Origin: Gammaproteobacteria bacterium | GTDB taxonomy: Bacteria; Pseudomonadota; Gammaproteobacteria; Steroidobacterales; Steroidobacteraceae | DNA length: 64,000 nt | Reading direction: 5' to 3' | NCBI GenBank assembly: GCA_016882265.1 | Contig: VGVB01000008.1 | Span: 5,862-69,861, forward strand | In this document: piece by piece, positions 23,969 through 32,483 of the stretch | Numbering within the stretch: the stretch's first letter is position 1 | Layout of the letters: every line of letters begins with the position of its first letter | Notes under the pieces: model-generated | Database searches by the model: none | Told to the model about the DNA's origin: nothing | What the model saw: the letters and a program-made list of their open reading frames with translations, nothing else | Position numbers and translations under genes: made by a program

Positions 23969-26900
23969 ATGGGTAACATCGTGGGTCAACCGGTCCGGCG
24001 GGCGATCGGCGCTGGTGCGGCGACGGTGACCGCGGCGGACCGGCGCGGGCCGCTGCGCTTCGTCAGCGCGGCCTCGCTGTTCGACGGCCACGATGCCGCG
24101 ATCAACGTCATCCGTCGCGTGCTGCAGGCGCACGGCGCCGAGGTCGTGCACCTCGGCCACAACCGCAGCGTGGCCGAACTGGTCGACGCCGCGATCCAGG
24201 AAGATGCCGACGCGATCGCGATCAGCAGCTACCAGGGCGGGCACAACGAGTACTTCCGCTACCTGGTCACGCAGCTTCGCGAGCGCGGCGCCGGGCACGT
24301 GCAGGTAGTCGCTGGCGGCGGCGGCACGATCGCGCCGGACGAGATCGCCGCGCTCGAAGCGGCCGGCGTGGCGAAGATCTACACGCCGGACGACGGCCTG
24401 AAGCTCGGCCTCGACGGCATGATCGAGGACGTGCTGCAGCGCGTCGGCGCGGTGCTGCGGCCGGCGTTCGCCGGCGACCGGGTCACGGTGGACGATCCGG
24501 TGGGGCTGGCCCGCGCGATCACGGCGCTCGAACTGGACCGCGACGGCCCGGCGGGAGCCCGCGTCCGCGCGCTCGCCGCCAGCGCTGCGACGCGGCCACC
24601 GGTGCTCGGCATCACCGGCACCGGCGGGGCGGGCAAGTCGACGCTGACCGACGAGCTGCTGGCGCGGCTGCTGCGCTGCTTCCCGGAGAGTCGTTTCGCG
24701 GTACTGGCCATGGATCCGACCCGGCGTCGCACCGGCGGTGCGCTGCTCGGCGACCGCATCCGCATGAATACGCTGGCCGGCGGTCGCGTGTTCATGCGCT
24801 CGCTGGCCACGCGGCGCCAGCATCTCGCGACCAGCGCGGTACTCGCCGACGCCGTGCGCCTGACCCAGGCGGCCGGTTTCGATCTGGTGATCGTTGAGAC
24901 CGCCGGCATCGGCCAGAGCGACAGCGAGATCATCGATCGGGTCGACCTGTCGCTGTACGTGATGACCCCGGAGTACGGCGCCGCTACCCAGCTCGAGAAG
25001 ATCGACATGCTGGACTTCGCCGATTTCATCGCGCTGAACAAGTTCGAGCGGCGCGGCGCCGAGGATGCGTTGCGCGACGTGCGCCGGCAGGTGGCGCGCA
25101 ATCGCGGGCGCACCGGTGAGCCAGCCGAGCGGCTGCCGGTCTATCCGACGATCGCGAGCCAGTTCAATGACGCCGGCGTCAACGCCCTGTGTGCGGCATT
25201 GTGTGCGCGGCTCGACGCCGGCTGGGGCAGGCTGCGGTCGTGGCAGCCGGTGGATCTGGCGCCGCTCGGCCCGCCGCGTCGCGAGCCGATCGTGCCGGCG
25301 GAGCGCGGTAACTACCTGGCCGAGATTGCCGCCGGCGGGCGGGCCGCGCGCGAGCGCGCCGGGCAGGCCGCTGCCGCGGCCGCTCGCGCGCATGGTCTGT
25401 ACCGCGCGCTGGCGACACTCGCGGACCCGGCGCTGCCCGCGCCTCTGGAATCTCATGCCGCGGCTGCGGCCGTAGTAGCCGACGGCACGCTCACCCGGCT
25501 GCGCCAGGAGTACGACGCGGCGCTGGCCGCGATCGGCGCCGAGGGCCTCGCGCTGCTGCGTGCCTGGCCGGAGCGCGCGCGCGCGGCGACGGCCGAGCGC
25601 TACCAGTACGAAGTCCGCGGCCAGCCGATGCAGGGTGACAACTACACGGCCACGCTGGCCGGACTGCGCCTGCCGAAGATCGCGGTACCGCGGCTGCAGG
25701 ACTGGGGCGAGCAGCTCGCCTTCCTGCTGGCCGAGAATCTGCCGGGCTCATTTCCGTACACCGCCGGTATCTATCCGTACCGGCGTGAGGACGAGGATCC
25801 GACGCGCATGTTCGCCGGCGAGGGCATGCCGGAGCGGACCAACCGGCGCTTCCATTACCTCGCGCGCGGGCATCGCTCGGTGCGCCTGTCGACCGCGTTC
25901 GACTCGGTGACGTTGTACGGCGAGGATCCGGACGAGCGCCCCGACATCTACGGGCGGATCGGCAACTCCGGCGTGTCGATCGCGACGCTCGACGACCTGA
26001 AGCGCCTGTACTCCGGCTTCGACCTGTGCGCGCCGTCGACCTCGGTGTCGATGACGATCAACGGGCCGGCGCCGATGATCCTGGCGATGTTCCTGAACAC
26101 CGCGATCGATCAGCAGGTCGAGCGCTGGCTGCGGGAGCAGGGGCGCTGGGCGGCCGCGGAGGCCGCGCTGCGGCAGCGTTGCGCCGGCCGCGAACGGCCG
26201 GTCTATCGCGGCGAGCTGCCCGCCGGACATGACGGCAGCGGCCTCGGCCTGCTCGGCGCCAGCGGCGCCGACATCGTCGACCGGGAGACCTATGAGCGCA
26301 TCCGTGCGGACGCGCTGGCCCGCGTCCGCGGCACCGTGCAGGCCGACATCCTGAAGGAAGACCAGGCGCAGAACACCTGCATCTTCTCCACCGAGTTCGC
26401 GCTGCGGCTGATGGGCGACGTGCAGCAGCACTTCATCGACCAGCGGGTGCGCAACTTCTACTCGGTGTCGATCTCCGGCTATCACATCGCCGAGGCCGGC
26501 GCGAACCCGATCACGCAGCTCGCGTTCACGCTGGCCAACGGCTTTACGATCGTCGAGTACTACCTCGCCCGCGGCATGGCGATCGACGACTTCGCGCCCA
26601 ACCTGTCGTTCTTCTTCTCGAATGGCATGGATGCGGAATACGCGGTGATCGGGCGCGTCGCCCGGCGCATCTGGGCGCGCGCGCTGCGCGAGCGCTACGG
26701 CGCCGGCCCGCGCAGCCAGATGCTCAAGTACCACATCCAGACCTCGGGCCGCTCGCTGCATGCCCGCGAGATCCAGTTCAACGACATCCGCACGACGCTG
26801 CAGGCGCTGTATGCGCTGTTCGACGGCTGCAACAGTCTGCACACCAATGCCTACGACGAGGCGCTGACGACGCCGACCGAGGCCAGCGTGCGCCGCGCGG

Positions 26901-27430
26901 TCGCGATCCAGCTCATCATCGCGCGCGAGCTGGGCCTGAACTTCAACCAGAACCCGTGGCAGGGCTCGTTCGTGGTCGGCGAGCTGACCGACCTCGTTGA
27001 GGAAGCGGTGTGGAGCGAGTTCGAGCGCCTGGCGGCGCGCGGCGGCGTGCTCGGCGCGATGGAGACGATGTACCAGCGCGGCCGGATCCAGGAAGAATCG
27101 CTGACTTGGGAACGGAAGAAGCACGATGGCAGCCTGCCGCTCATCGGCGTCAACACCTTCCTGCCGGAGCGCCCGGATGCGGACGAGAACCGCGTGGCCG
27201 AGCTGATCCGCTCGACCGGGGAGGAGCGGCAGGCGCAGGTGGCCGGCGTGCGCGCCTTCGATGCCGCCGACCCGGCGCGCCAGCAGGCGGCGCTGGCGCG
27301 GCTGCAGCAGGTCGCCGCCGCGGGCGGGAACCTGTTTGCCGAACTGCTGGACACCGTGCGCTACGCCTCGCTCGGGCGCATCACCCGGGCCCTGTACGAG
27401 GTCGGCGGCCAGTACCGCCGCGGGATGTAA
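23969..27430 (+). CDS. icmF: fused isobutyryl-CoA mutase IcmF (B12-binding domain + MeaB-like GTPase + mutase catalytic domain)
   Basis: N-terminal B12 motif 'FDGHDAAINV'. Central G-protein P-loop 'GITGTGGAGKSTL'. C-terminal methylmalonyl-CoA-mutase-like barrel ('AGIYPYRRE...FAGEG', 'TNAYDEALTTPT'). The start is ATG 23969 (preferred) or TTG 23921. Confidence 0.92.
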   Translation: MGNIVGQPVRRAIGAGAATVTAADRRGPLRFVSAASLFDGHDAAINVIRRVLQAHGAEVVHLGHNRSVAELVDAAIQEDADAIAISSYQGGHNEYFRYLVTQLRERGAGHVQVVAGGGGTIAPDEIAALEAAGVAKIYTPDDGLKLGLDGMIEDVLQRVGAVLRPAFAGDRVTVDDPVGLARAITALELDRDGPAGARVRALAASAATRPPVLGITGTGGAGKSTLTDELLARLLRCFPESRFAVLAMDPTRRRTGGALLGDRIRMNTLAGGRVFMRSLATRRQHLATSAVLADAVRLTQAAGFDLVIVETAGIGQSDSEIIDRVDLSLYVMTPEYGAATQLEKIDMLDFADFIALNKFERRGAEDALRDVRRQVARNRGRTGEPAERLPVYPTIASQFNDAGVNALCAALCARLDAGWGRLRSWQPVDLAPLGPPRREPIVPAERGNYLAEIAAGGRAARERAGQAAAAAARAHGLYRALATLADPALPAPLESHAAAAAVVADGTLTRLRQEYDAALAAIGAEGLALLRAWPERARAATAERYQYEVRGQPMQGDNYTATLAGLRLPKIAVPRLQDWGEQLAFLLAENLPGSFPYTAGIYPYRREDEDPTRMFAGEGMPERTNRRFHYLARGHRSVRLSTAFDSVTLYGEDPDERPDIYGRIGNSGVSIATLDDLKRLYSGFDLCAPSTSVSMTINGPAPMILAMFLNTAIDQQVERWLREQGRWAAAEAALRQRCAGRERPVYRGELPAGHDGSGLGLLGASGADIVDRETYERIRADALARVRGTVQADILKEDQAQNTCIFSTEFALRLMGDVQQHFIDQRVRNFYSVSISGYHIAEAGANPITQLAFTLANGFTIVEYYLARGMAIDDFAPNLSFFFSNGMDAEYAVIGRVARRIWARALRERYGAGPRSQMLKYHIQTSGRSLHAREIQFNDIRTTLQALYALFDGCNSLHTNAYDEALTTPTEASVRRAVAIQLIIARELGLNFNQNPWQGSFVVGELTDLVEEAVWSEFERLAARGGVLGAMETMYQRGRIQEESLTWERKKHDGSLPLIGVNTFLPERPDADENRVAELIRSTGEERQAQVAGVRAFDAADPARQQAALARLQQVAAAGGNLFAELLDTVRYASLGRITRALYEVGGQYRRGM

Positions 27431-27431
27431 G

Positions 27432-27518
27432 AAGGGCGCCAGAAAAGGGGACGCTTCCCTTTTCCGTGTTTCGGGGCCGAGCCTGGAAAAGGGAAGCGTC
27501 CCCTTTTCTGGCGCCCTT
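27432..27518. repeat. perfect 34-bp-arm hairpin (19-nt loop), copy 2 of the repeated palindromic element; bidirectional terminator candidate
   Basis: 27432-27465 (AAGGGCGCCAGAAAAGGGGACGCTTCCCTTTTCC) is the exact reverse complement of 27485-27518. It fills the whole gap between the convergent icmF stop (27430) and the plsC-like stop (27519). T-runs flank it on both strands. Confidence 0.9.
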
Positions 27519-28232
27519 TTACAGCAGCCCTTCGCCGAGGGCGGCGCCCATGTTGCTGCGCGCGCGGTCGCGCAGCCGCGCGGCGGCGTCGTCGCCCGGC
27601 GGTGCCGGCAGCAGTTCGAGCACCTCGACTTCGAGCCGGCTGCGCCGCGGCAGCCACGTGCCCGAAGGCAGGATCCGGCGCGTGCCGCGGATCACGACCG
27701 GTACTACCGGGACCCCGGCGCGCACGGCCGTCGCGAAGGCGCCGGCGTGAAAGCGCGCGAGGCCGACGCGCGCGGTGAACGTGCCTTCGGGGAAGAACAC
27801 CATCGACTCGCCGGCGCCGGCCGCACGCAGGATACGGCGCGTGTCGTTGGCGCCCTCGTGGCGGTTGAAGCGCTCGACGAACTGGTGGCCCATCCGGATC
27901 AGCAGCGGGCCGGCGACCGGCAACCGGGACGCCTCCTTCTTGATCACGAAGGCGAACCGCGGCGGCAGAGCCGAGAACAGCAGCGGCCCGTCCAGGTAAC
28001 TCGAGTGATTGGCGACGACGATGCAGGGCCCGGCCGGCAGGTGTTCGAGGCCGCGGCAGTGCACGGGCAGGCCGGCCAGCAGGAAGAACCAGCGACCGGC
28101 GCGCCGGGCGGCGCGCCGTCGCCACGACAGTGACGGCAGCAGCAGCACGGCCAGCGCCGCCACGAGTACCATGACTCCGAGCAGCAGCCACAGCCATGCT
28201 GCCCAGAGCCGGCGCAGCGCTTTGGTCGTCAC
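27519..28232 (-). CDS. lysophospholipid (1-acyl-sn-glycerol-3-phosphate) acyltransferase family protein
   Basis: 237 aa. N-terminal TM segment. Acyltransferase motifs 'VANHSSYLD' (HX4D) and 'FFPEGT'. Confidence 0.85.
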   Translation of the reverse strand: MTTKALRRLWAAWLWLLLGVMVLVAALAVLLLPSLSWRRRAARRAGRWFFLLAGLPVHCRGLEHLPAGPCIVVANHSSYLDGPLLFSALPPRFAFVIKKEASRLPVAGPLLIRMGHQFVERFNRHEGANDTRRILRAAGAGESMVFFPEGTFTARVGLARFHAGAFATAVRAGVPVVPVVIRGTRRILPSGTWLPRRSRLEVEVLELLPAPPGDDAAARLRDRARSNMGAALGEGLL

Positions 28233-28426
28233 GGGCGACGGTCCGATGACCGGGGCACAATCTGTGATACAGGTCTGGTTATGTCAATGGCCATGGGGGT
28301 CTGTGAGGCATTTCACACCGGCCGTTGCCGGCGGCGCACGATACTGCCTCCGCATTCTGTCGAACAGACCCGCGGTTGGCCACCGGAGAGACGGTTTCCG
28401 GGCCGGAGCGAAGAGCACACCAGCGC

Positions 28427-29383
28427 ATGAGCATCGCGATGAAGTCGTCGACGTCACTGCGGTCGTCTCCGCCGGTGGACCTTGCCGACGACGGTGGACC
28501 GGAGCCCGAGGTTCAGCGCTTCCTCGACGCGGTGTGGATGGAGCGCGGCCTGTCGCCGAACACGCTCGCCGCCTATCGTGCCGACCTCGGCGCGTTGTCG
28601 CGCTGGCTGCACGGGCGTGGTGCGGGCCTCGCGCGCGCATCCCGCAATGAACTGCTGGCCTTCATCGCCTGGCGGGTCGAGAGCGGGGCGCAGCCGCGCT
28701 CGACGGCGCGCCAGTTGTCGAGTTTCCGCCGCTTCTTCCGCCATCTGGTCCGCGAGGGCCTGCTGCGCGAGGATCCGACCGCGCAGATCGCGATGCCGAA
28801 GATCGGTCGCGCCCTGCCCAGGTCCCTGACCGAGAGCCAGGTCGAGGCGCTGCTCAACGCGCCGCTGACCACCGATCCGCTCGGTTTCCGCGATCGGACC
28901 ATGCTCGAGGTGCTGTACGCGACGGGGCTGCGCGTTTCGGAACTGGTCGGCCTGCGCCACAACCAGGTCAACCTGAACCAGGGCGTGATCCGCATCGTCG
29001 GCAAGGGCAACCGCGAGCGGCTGATCCCGCTCGGCGAGGAAGCAGTGCGCTGGCTGTCGGAGTTCCTGCACGGGGCGCGCGGCGAAATCCTGCTCGACCG
29101 GCAGACCGACCACCTGTTCCCGACCCGCCGCGGCGACCGCATGACCCGCCAGGCGTTCTGGCACATCATCAAGCGCTACGCACGCAAGGCCGGCATCGAG
29201 CGCGAGCTGTCGCCGCACACGCTGCGTCACGCTTTCGCGACGCACCTGCTGAACCACGGCGCCGACCTGCGCGTCGTGCAGATGCTGCTCGGCCACAGCG
29301 ACCTGTCGACGACGCAGATCTACACGCACGTGGCCCGCGAGCGCATGAAGGAACTGCACGCGCAGCATCACCCGCGCGGCTGA
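28427..29383 (+). CDS. xerD: site-specific tyrosine recombinase XerD
   Basis: Start at Met35 of the ORF (318 aa). 'ERGLSPNTLAAYRADL', catalytic region 'HTLRHAFATHLL' and 'LLGHSDLSTTQIYTHV'. Classical xerD-dsbC adjacency. Confidence 0.9.
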   Translation: MSIAMKSSTSLRSSPPVDLADDGGPEPEVQRFLDAVWMERGLSPNTLAAYRADLGALSRWLHGRGAGLARASRNELLAFIAWRVESGAQPRSTARQLSSFRRFFRHLVREGLLREDPTAQIAMPKIGRALPRSLTESQVEALLNAPLTTDPLGFRDRTMLEVLYATGLRVSELVGLRHNQVNLNQGVIRIVGKGNRERLIPLGEEAVRWLSEFLHGARGEILLDRQTDHLFPTRRGDRMTRQAFWHIIKRYARKAGIERELSPHTLRHAFATHLLNHGADLRVVQMLLGHSDLSTTQIYTHVARERMKELHAQHHPRG

Positions 29384-29441
29384 ACGTCTCTGCTAGACTG
29401 CCCCGGTTCGAACGACCGGCGACCGGACCGGTCGAAGCCTC

Positions 29442-30191
29442 ATGATGACGACCACCGCCATGCTCCACGGCCGTTCGCTGCTGCTGCTGCTGACCGCAGT
29501 CCTGGCGCCGGCGCTGGCCGAGTCGCCCCGACCGGCCGACCCACGGACCGCGATCGCCGAACGCCTGGACGTGCGCATCGAGGACATTCGTCCGTCACCG
29601 ATACCGGGTCTGTACGAAGTCCGGCGCGGTGCGGAGATCGGTTACGTGTCGGCCGACGGCCGGCACTACATCGACGGCGACCTGTTCGACATCGGGACCC
29701 GCGACAACCTGACCGAACTGGCCCGCGAGCAGGGGCGCGTCGAGCTGTTGGCCGGCGTTCGCGACGACGACGCGATCGTATTCGCGCCGGACGGCCCGGC
29801 GCGCCATACGATCACGGTATTCACCGACATCGATTGCCAGTACTGCCAGAAGCTGCATCAGGACATGGCGGAGCTGAACCGGCTTGGTATCCGCGTGCGC
29901 TACCTGATGTTCCCGCGCGGCGGGCCCGACACCGCGTCCTGGCGCAAGGCCGAGGCGGTCTGGTGCAGCGCCGACCGGCGCGATGCGCTGACCCGGGCCA
30001 AGCGCGGGGAGGCCATCAAGGCCAGAACGTGCACGACGCCGGTCGCCGATCAGTACGAGCTCGGGCGCCGCGCCGGCATCCACGGAACCCCGGGCATCAT
30101 CAGCGACCGCGGCGAGTACATCGCCGGGTACCTGCCGCCGGCCCGCCTCGCGAAGCTGCTGGCCGGCGCGAGCGTCAAAGCCGACGACTGA
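29442..30191 (+). CDS. dsbC: thiol:disulfide interchange protein DsbC
   Basis: 249 aa. Signal peptide. Thioredoxin-fold active site 'DIDCQYCQKLH'. 'GTPGII' motif. Confidence 0.9.
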   Translation: MMTTTAMLHGRSLLLLLTAVLAPALAESPRPADPRTAIAERLDVRIEDIRPSPIPGLYEVRRGAEIGYVSADGRHYIDGDLFDIGTRDNLTELAREQGRVELLAGVRDDDAIVFAPDGPARHTITVFTDIDCQYCQKLHQDMAELNRLGIRVRYLMFPRGGPDTASWRKAEAVWCSADRRDALTRAKRGEAIKARTCTTPVADQYELGRRAGIHGTPGIISDRGEYIAGYLPPARLAKLLAGASVKADD

Positions 30192-30200
30192 ACCCGCGGC

Positions 30201-30524
30201 TCAGCGCTCCAGCAGATGCCGCTTCGGGCGGATGTCCTGCCACTGGTCGGCGTCCGGCGGCGGTTCGCCGCGACGGGTGATCGTCGGCCACTTCCGCGCC
30301 AGTTCCGCGTTCAGGGCGAGGAACTCGCGCTGCTCCCCGGGCACATCCTCCTCGGAGCAGATCGCGTCGACCGGGCATTCGGGCTCACACAAGGTGCAGT
30401 CGATGCACTCCTCGGGGTCGATGACCAGGAAGTTCGGACCTTCATGGAAACAGTCGACCGGGCAGACCTCGACACAGTCCATGTACTTGCAGCGGATACA
30501 GCTCTCCGTGACGACGAATGCCAT
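30201..30524 (-). CDS. fdxA: 7Fe ferredoxin (3Fe-4S / 4Fe-4S), FdxA type
   Basis: Start at Met17 of the ORF ([26 protein letters not shown]...[12 protein letters not shown]), 107 aa. Confidence 0.92.
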   Translation of the reverse strand: MAFVVTESCIRCKYMDCVEVCPVDCFHEGPNFLVIDPEECIDCTLCEPECPVDAICSEEDVPGEQREFLALNAELARKWPTITRRGEPPPDADQWQDIRPKRHLLER

Positions 30525-30592
30525 CCCTGGGACTCCTGCGGAGGAAACGACGGGGGACGCGCATTCTGCCACAGGCCGGCGGGCCGGGCCGC

Positions 30593-31135
30593 TCAGCCGG
30601 GCCGGCGCCGGTCGATCGTCGTGAAGTGCAGGCCGCGGCTCCCGGCCGCGCGGTCCTCGAGATAGCGACGCAGCGCGAACGCGACGCTCGGGAACGCGAT
30701 TTCATCCCAGGGGATCGCCGCTTCATCGTACAGGTCGACTTCGAGGCTCTCCTCGCCGATGCCGAAGCGCGGTTCGGTGAGGCCGGCCCGGAACATCACG
30801 TGAACCTGGTGCGCGTGCAGCACATGGACCACCGCGCACAGCTCGCCGATCTCGACCTCGGCCAGGGCTTCCTCGCGGCACTCGCGGGCCGCGGCCTGCT
30901 GCAGCGTTTCGTCGTTCTCCATGAACCCGGCGGGAATGGTCCAGAAGCCGTGGCGCGGCTCGATCGCCCGCCGGCACAGCAGGATTCGGCCGGCGTGCTC
31001 GACCACGCAGCCCGCCACGATCTTCGGGTTCTGGTAGTGGATCGTGCCGCAGGCGGCGCAGACGTGACGCGGGCGGTGGTCGCCGGAGGGAACCAGCAGC
31101 GCCACGGCCGACCCGCATTGCGAGCAGTACTTCAT
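30593..31135 (-). CDS. Nudix hydrolase with an N-terminal zinc ribbon
   Basis: The C-terminal 180 aa of the 437-aa ORF, starting MKYCSQCGS...CAACG. Nudix box '[26 protein letters not shown]'. The upstream part of the ORF runs across the tRNA gene and is spurious. Confidence 0.85.
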   Translation of the reverse strand: MKYCSQCGSAVALLVPSGDHRPRHVCAACGTIHYQNPKIVAGCVVEHAGRILLCRRAIEPRHGFWTIPAGFMENDETLQQAAARECREEALAEVEIGELCAVVHVLHAHQVHVMFRAGLTEPRFGIGEESLEVDLYDEAAIPWDEIAFPSVAFALRRYLEDRAAGSRGLHFTTIDRRRPG

Positions 31136-31236
31136 GGAGCGATTGTCGGGGCGCCGGGCCGCGCTGCCAAGCGCGGCCGGGGGCGGCACGGCCACGGCGG
31201 CGGGCCGGGCGGGGCTATATACTCGCGACCCGCAGC

Positions 31237-31323
31237 GCCGGGATGGCGGAATCGGTAGACGCAGTGGACTCAAAATCCACCGGTGGCGACACCGTGCGAG
31301 TTCGAGTCTCGCTCCCGGCACCA
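31237..31323 (+). tRNA. tRNA-Leu (anticodon CAA), class II with a long variable arm, CCA encoded
   Basis: Folded by hand. Acceptor stem GCCGGGA/TCCCGGC. D-arm GCGG-AATCGGTAGA. Anticodon stem GTGGA/TCCAC with loop CTCAAAA. Long variable arm CGGTGGCGACACCGTG. T-arm GCGAG-TTCGAGT-CTCGC. Ends in ACCA. Confidence 0.93.
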
Positions 31324-31390
31324 GCAGGTCGCTCCCGCCCCGGGGCCAGGACCTGCGACCTTTTTCCGGACCGGCGCATCTAAGGTGCCG

Positions 31391-31975
31391 ATGGCCCGCC
31401 TCAGCGAACTCGAATTCCCGGCCGAACTGGTTGCGTCCGCCCGTGCAGGCGACCCGGCCGCACTGGCTGCGATCTACGACCAGGCCGCCGGTCCGATACT
31501 CACGCTGCTGGTCCGGCTGGTACGGCGCCGGGCCGTAGCCGAGGAATTGCTGCAGGAAACCTTCGTCGACGTGCTCGAGCACATCAGCGACTTCGCCGGC
31601 CGCTGTCCGCTCGCCGCGTGGATCCGCACGCTGGCGGTCAACCGGGCCCTGATGTACCTGCGTTCGCCTTGGCACCGCGCCGTCGATCGGCTCACGCCGG
31701 ATCAGCACGCCGATGCCGGCCTCACGCTGGCCGGCAGCCGGTCGGGCGGCAACGACCAGGATCTGGAGCGGGCCCTGATGCGACTGCAGCCGCTGACCCG
31801 GGCGGTCATCTGGCTGCACGACGTCGAAGGCTATACCCATGCCGAGATCGGCGCGCTGCTCGGGCGGACGCCGAGCTTTTCCAAGTCCCAGCTCGCGCGC
31901 GCCCACCTGCGGCTGCGCGGCCTGCTGGAACGGGACACCGCTGTTCCCGAGGGGGCCGCATGCCGCCCCGTCTGA
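31391..31975 (+). CDS. ECF-family RNA polymerase sigma factor
   Basis: Start at Met37 of ORF 31283..31975 (MARLSELEFPAELV...), preceded by AAGGTG. Sigma-2 region 'ELLQETFVDVLEHISDF...AWIRTLAVNRALMYLR'. Sigma-4 region 'VIWLHDVEGYTHAEIGALLGRTPSFSKSQLARA'. Confidence 0.88.
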   Translation: MARLSELEFPAELVASARAGDPAALAAIYDQAAGPILTLLVRLVRRRAVAEELLQETFVDVLEHISDFAGRCPLAAWIRTLAVNRALMYLRSPWHRAVDRLTPDQHADAGLTLAGSRSGGNDQDLERALMRLQPLTRAVIWLHDVEGYTHAEIGALLGRTPSFSKSQLARAHLRLRGLLERDTAVPEGAACRPV

Positions 31976-32463
31976 ACTGTCTGGCCGCCCGGCTCGCGAC
32001 GCTGCCGGAGTTCCGGCCGCCGGCCGGGGGCTGGCCGGCGGTGCTCGAGGCGCGCCGGCTCCGGCAGAGCCATGGCCCGCGGCAATGGCCGGCGCTGGCC
32101 GGCGTATTGGCGCTGGGTCTGGCGGGTGGACTGACGTGGCTGTCGACGCAGAGCGGTCCGGAGTCCCTGGCCGACCACCGCCCGGCGGCTTCCCTGGTGA
32201 GCGGCAGCGATGCGATTCGCCTCGAGAATGCCCGCCTCGAGTATCTGCTGGCGGCGATGCCGGAGCCCGGCTCGATGCGGGGCAGCACGGCCTTTACCGT
32301 CGTGGTCCTCGAGGACCGGCTGGCTGCGATCGATGACCGCCTGAGCGTGACCGTACTCGAGCCGCACGCTCCGGAAGCCGCCGACCAGCTCTGGCGGGAG
32401 CGGCGGGAACTGCTGGATTCACTGGTCCAGGTCCGCTACGCCGGCCTGGCCCGCAGCCGTTGA
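31960..32463 (+). CDS. putative single-pass anti-sigma factor
   Basis: Met115 of ORF 31618..32463. The ATG overlaps the sigma gene's 3' end by 16 nt. About 45-aa cytoplasmic segment, one TM helix 'WPALAGVLALGLAGGLTWL', then a periplasmic helical region. No recognisable HxxxCxxC motif. The call rests mainly on position. Confidence 0.55.
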   Translation: MPPRLNCLAARLATLPEFRPPAGGWPAVLEARRLRQSHGPRQWPALAGVLALGLAGGLTWLSTQSGPESLADHRPAASLVSGSDAIRLENARLEYLLAAMPEPGSMRGSTAFTVVVLEDRLAAIDDRLSVTVLEPHAPEAADQLWRERRELLDSLVQVRYAGLARSR

Positions 32464-32483
32464 GCTGACGACTGGAGGTACCG

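Noticed and set aside
27519-28232. The acyltransferase as a possible HlyC-like RTX toxin activator.
   Set aside because: It carries the glycerolipid acyltransferase HX4D/FPEGT motifs and an N-terminal TM anchor. It lies 21 kb from the RTX locus, in housekeeping context next to xerD.
31357-31383. ECF-type promoter look-alike GACCTT-N16-TCTAA upstream of the ECF sigma gene.
   Set aside because: The -10-like element overlaps the AAGGTG ribosome-binding site and ends 7 nt before the ATG. The resulting transcript would lack the SD it appears to use. I treat this as a chance match unless TSS data say otherwise.
31237-31390. tRNA-Leu as a possible genomic-island attachment site for the downstream ECF/PDZ genes.
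   Set aside because: No integrase is present, there is no repeat of the tRNA 3' end downstream within the window, and I saw no compositional break.
30593-31906. 437-aa ORF on the minus strand.
   Set aside because: Only the C-terminal 180 aa (from MKYCSQCGS) form a coherent Nudix protein. The upstream part runs antisense across the tRNA-Leu gene and the ECF sigma gene.
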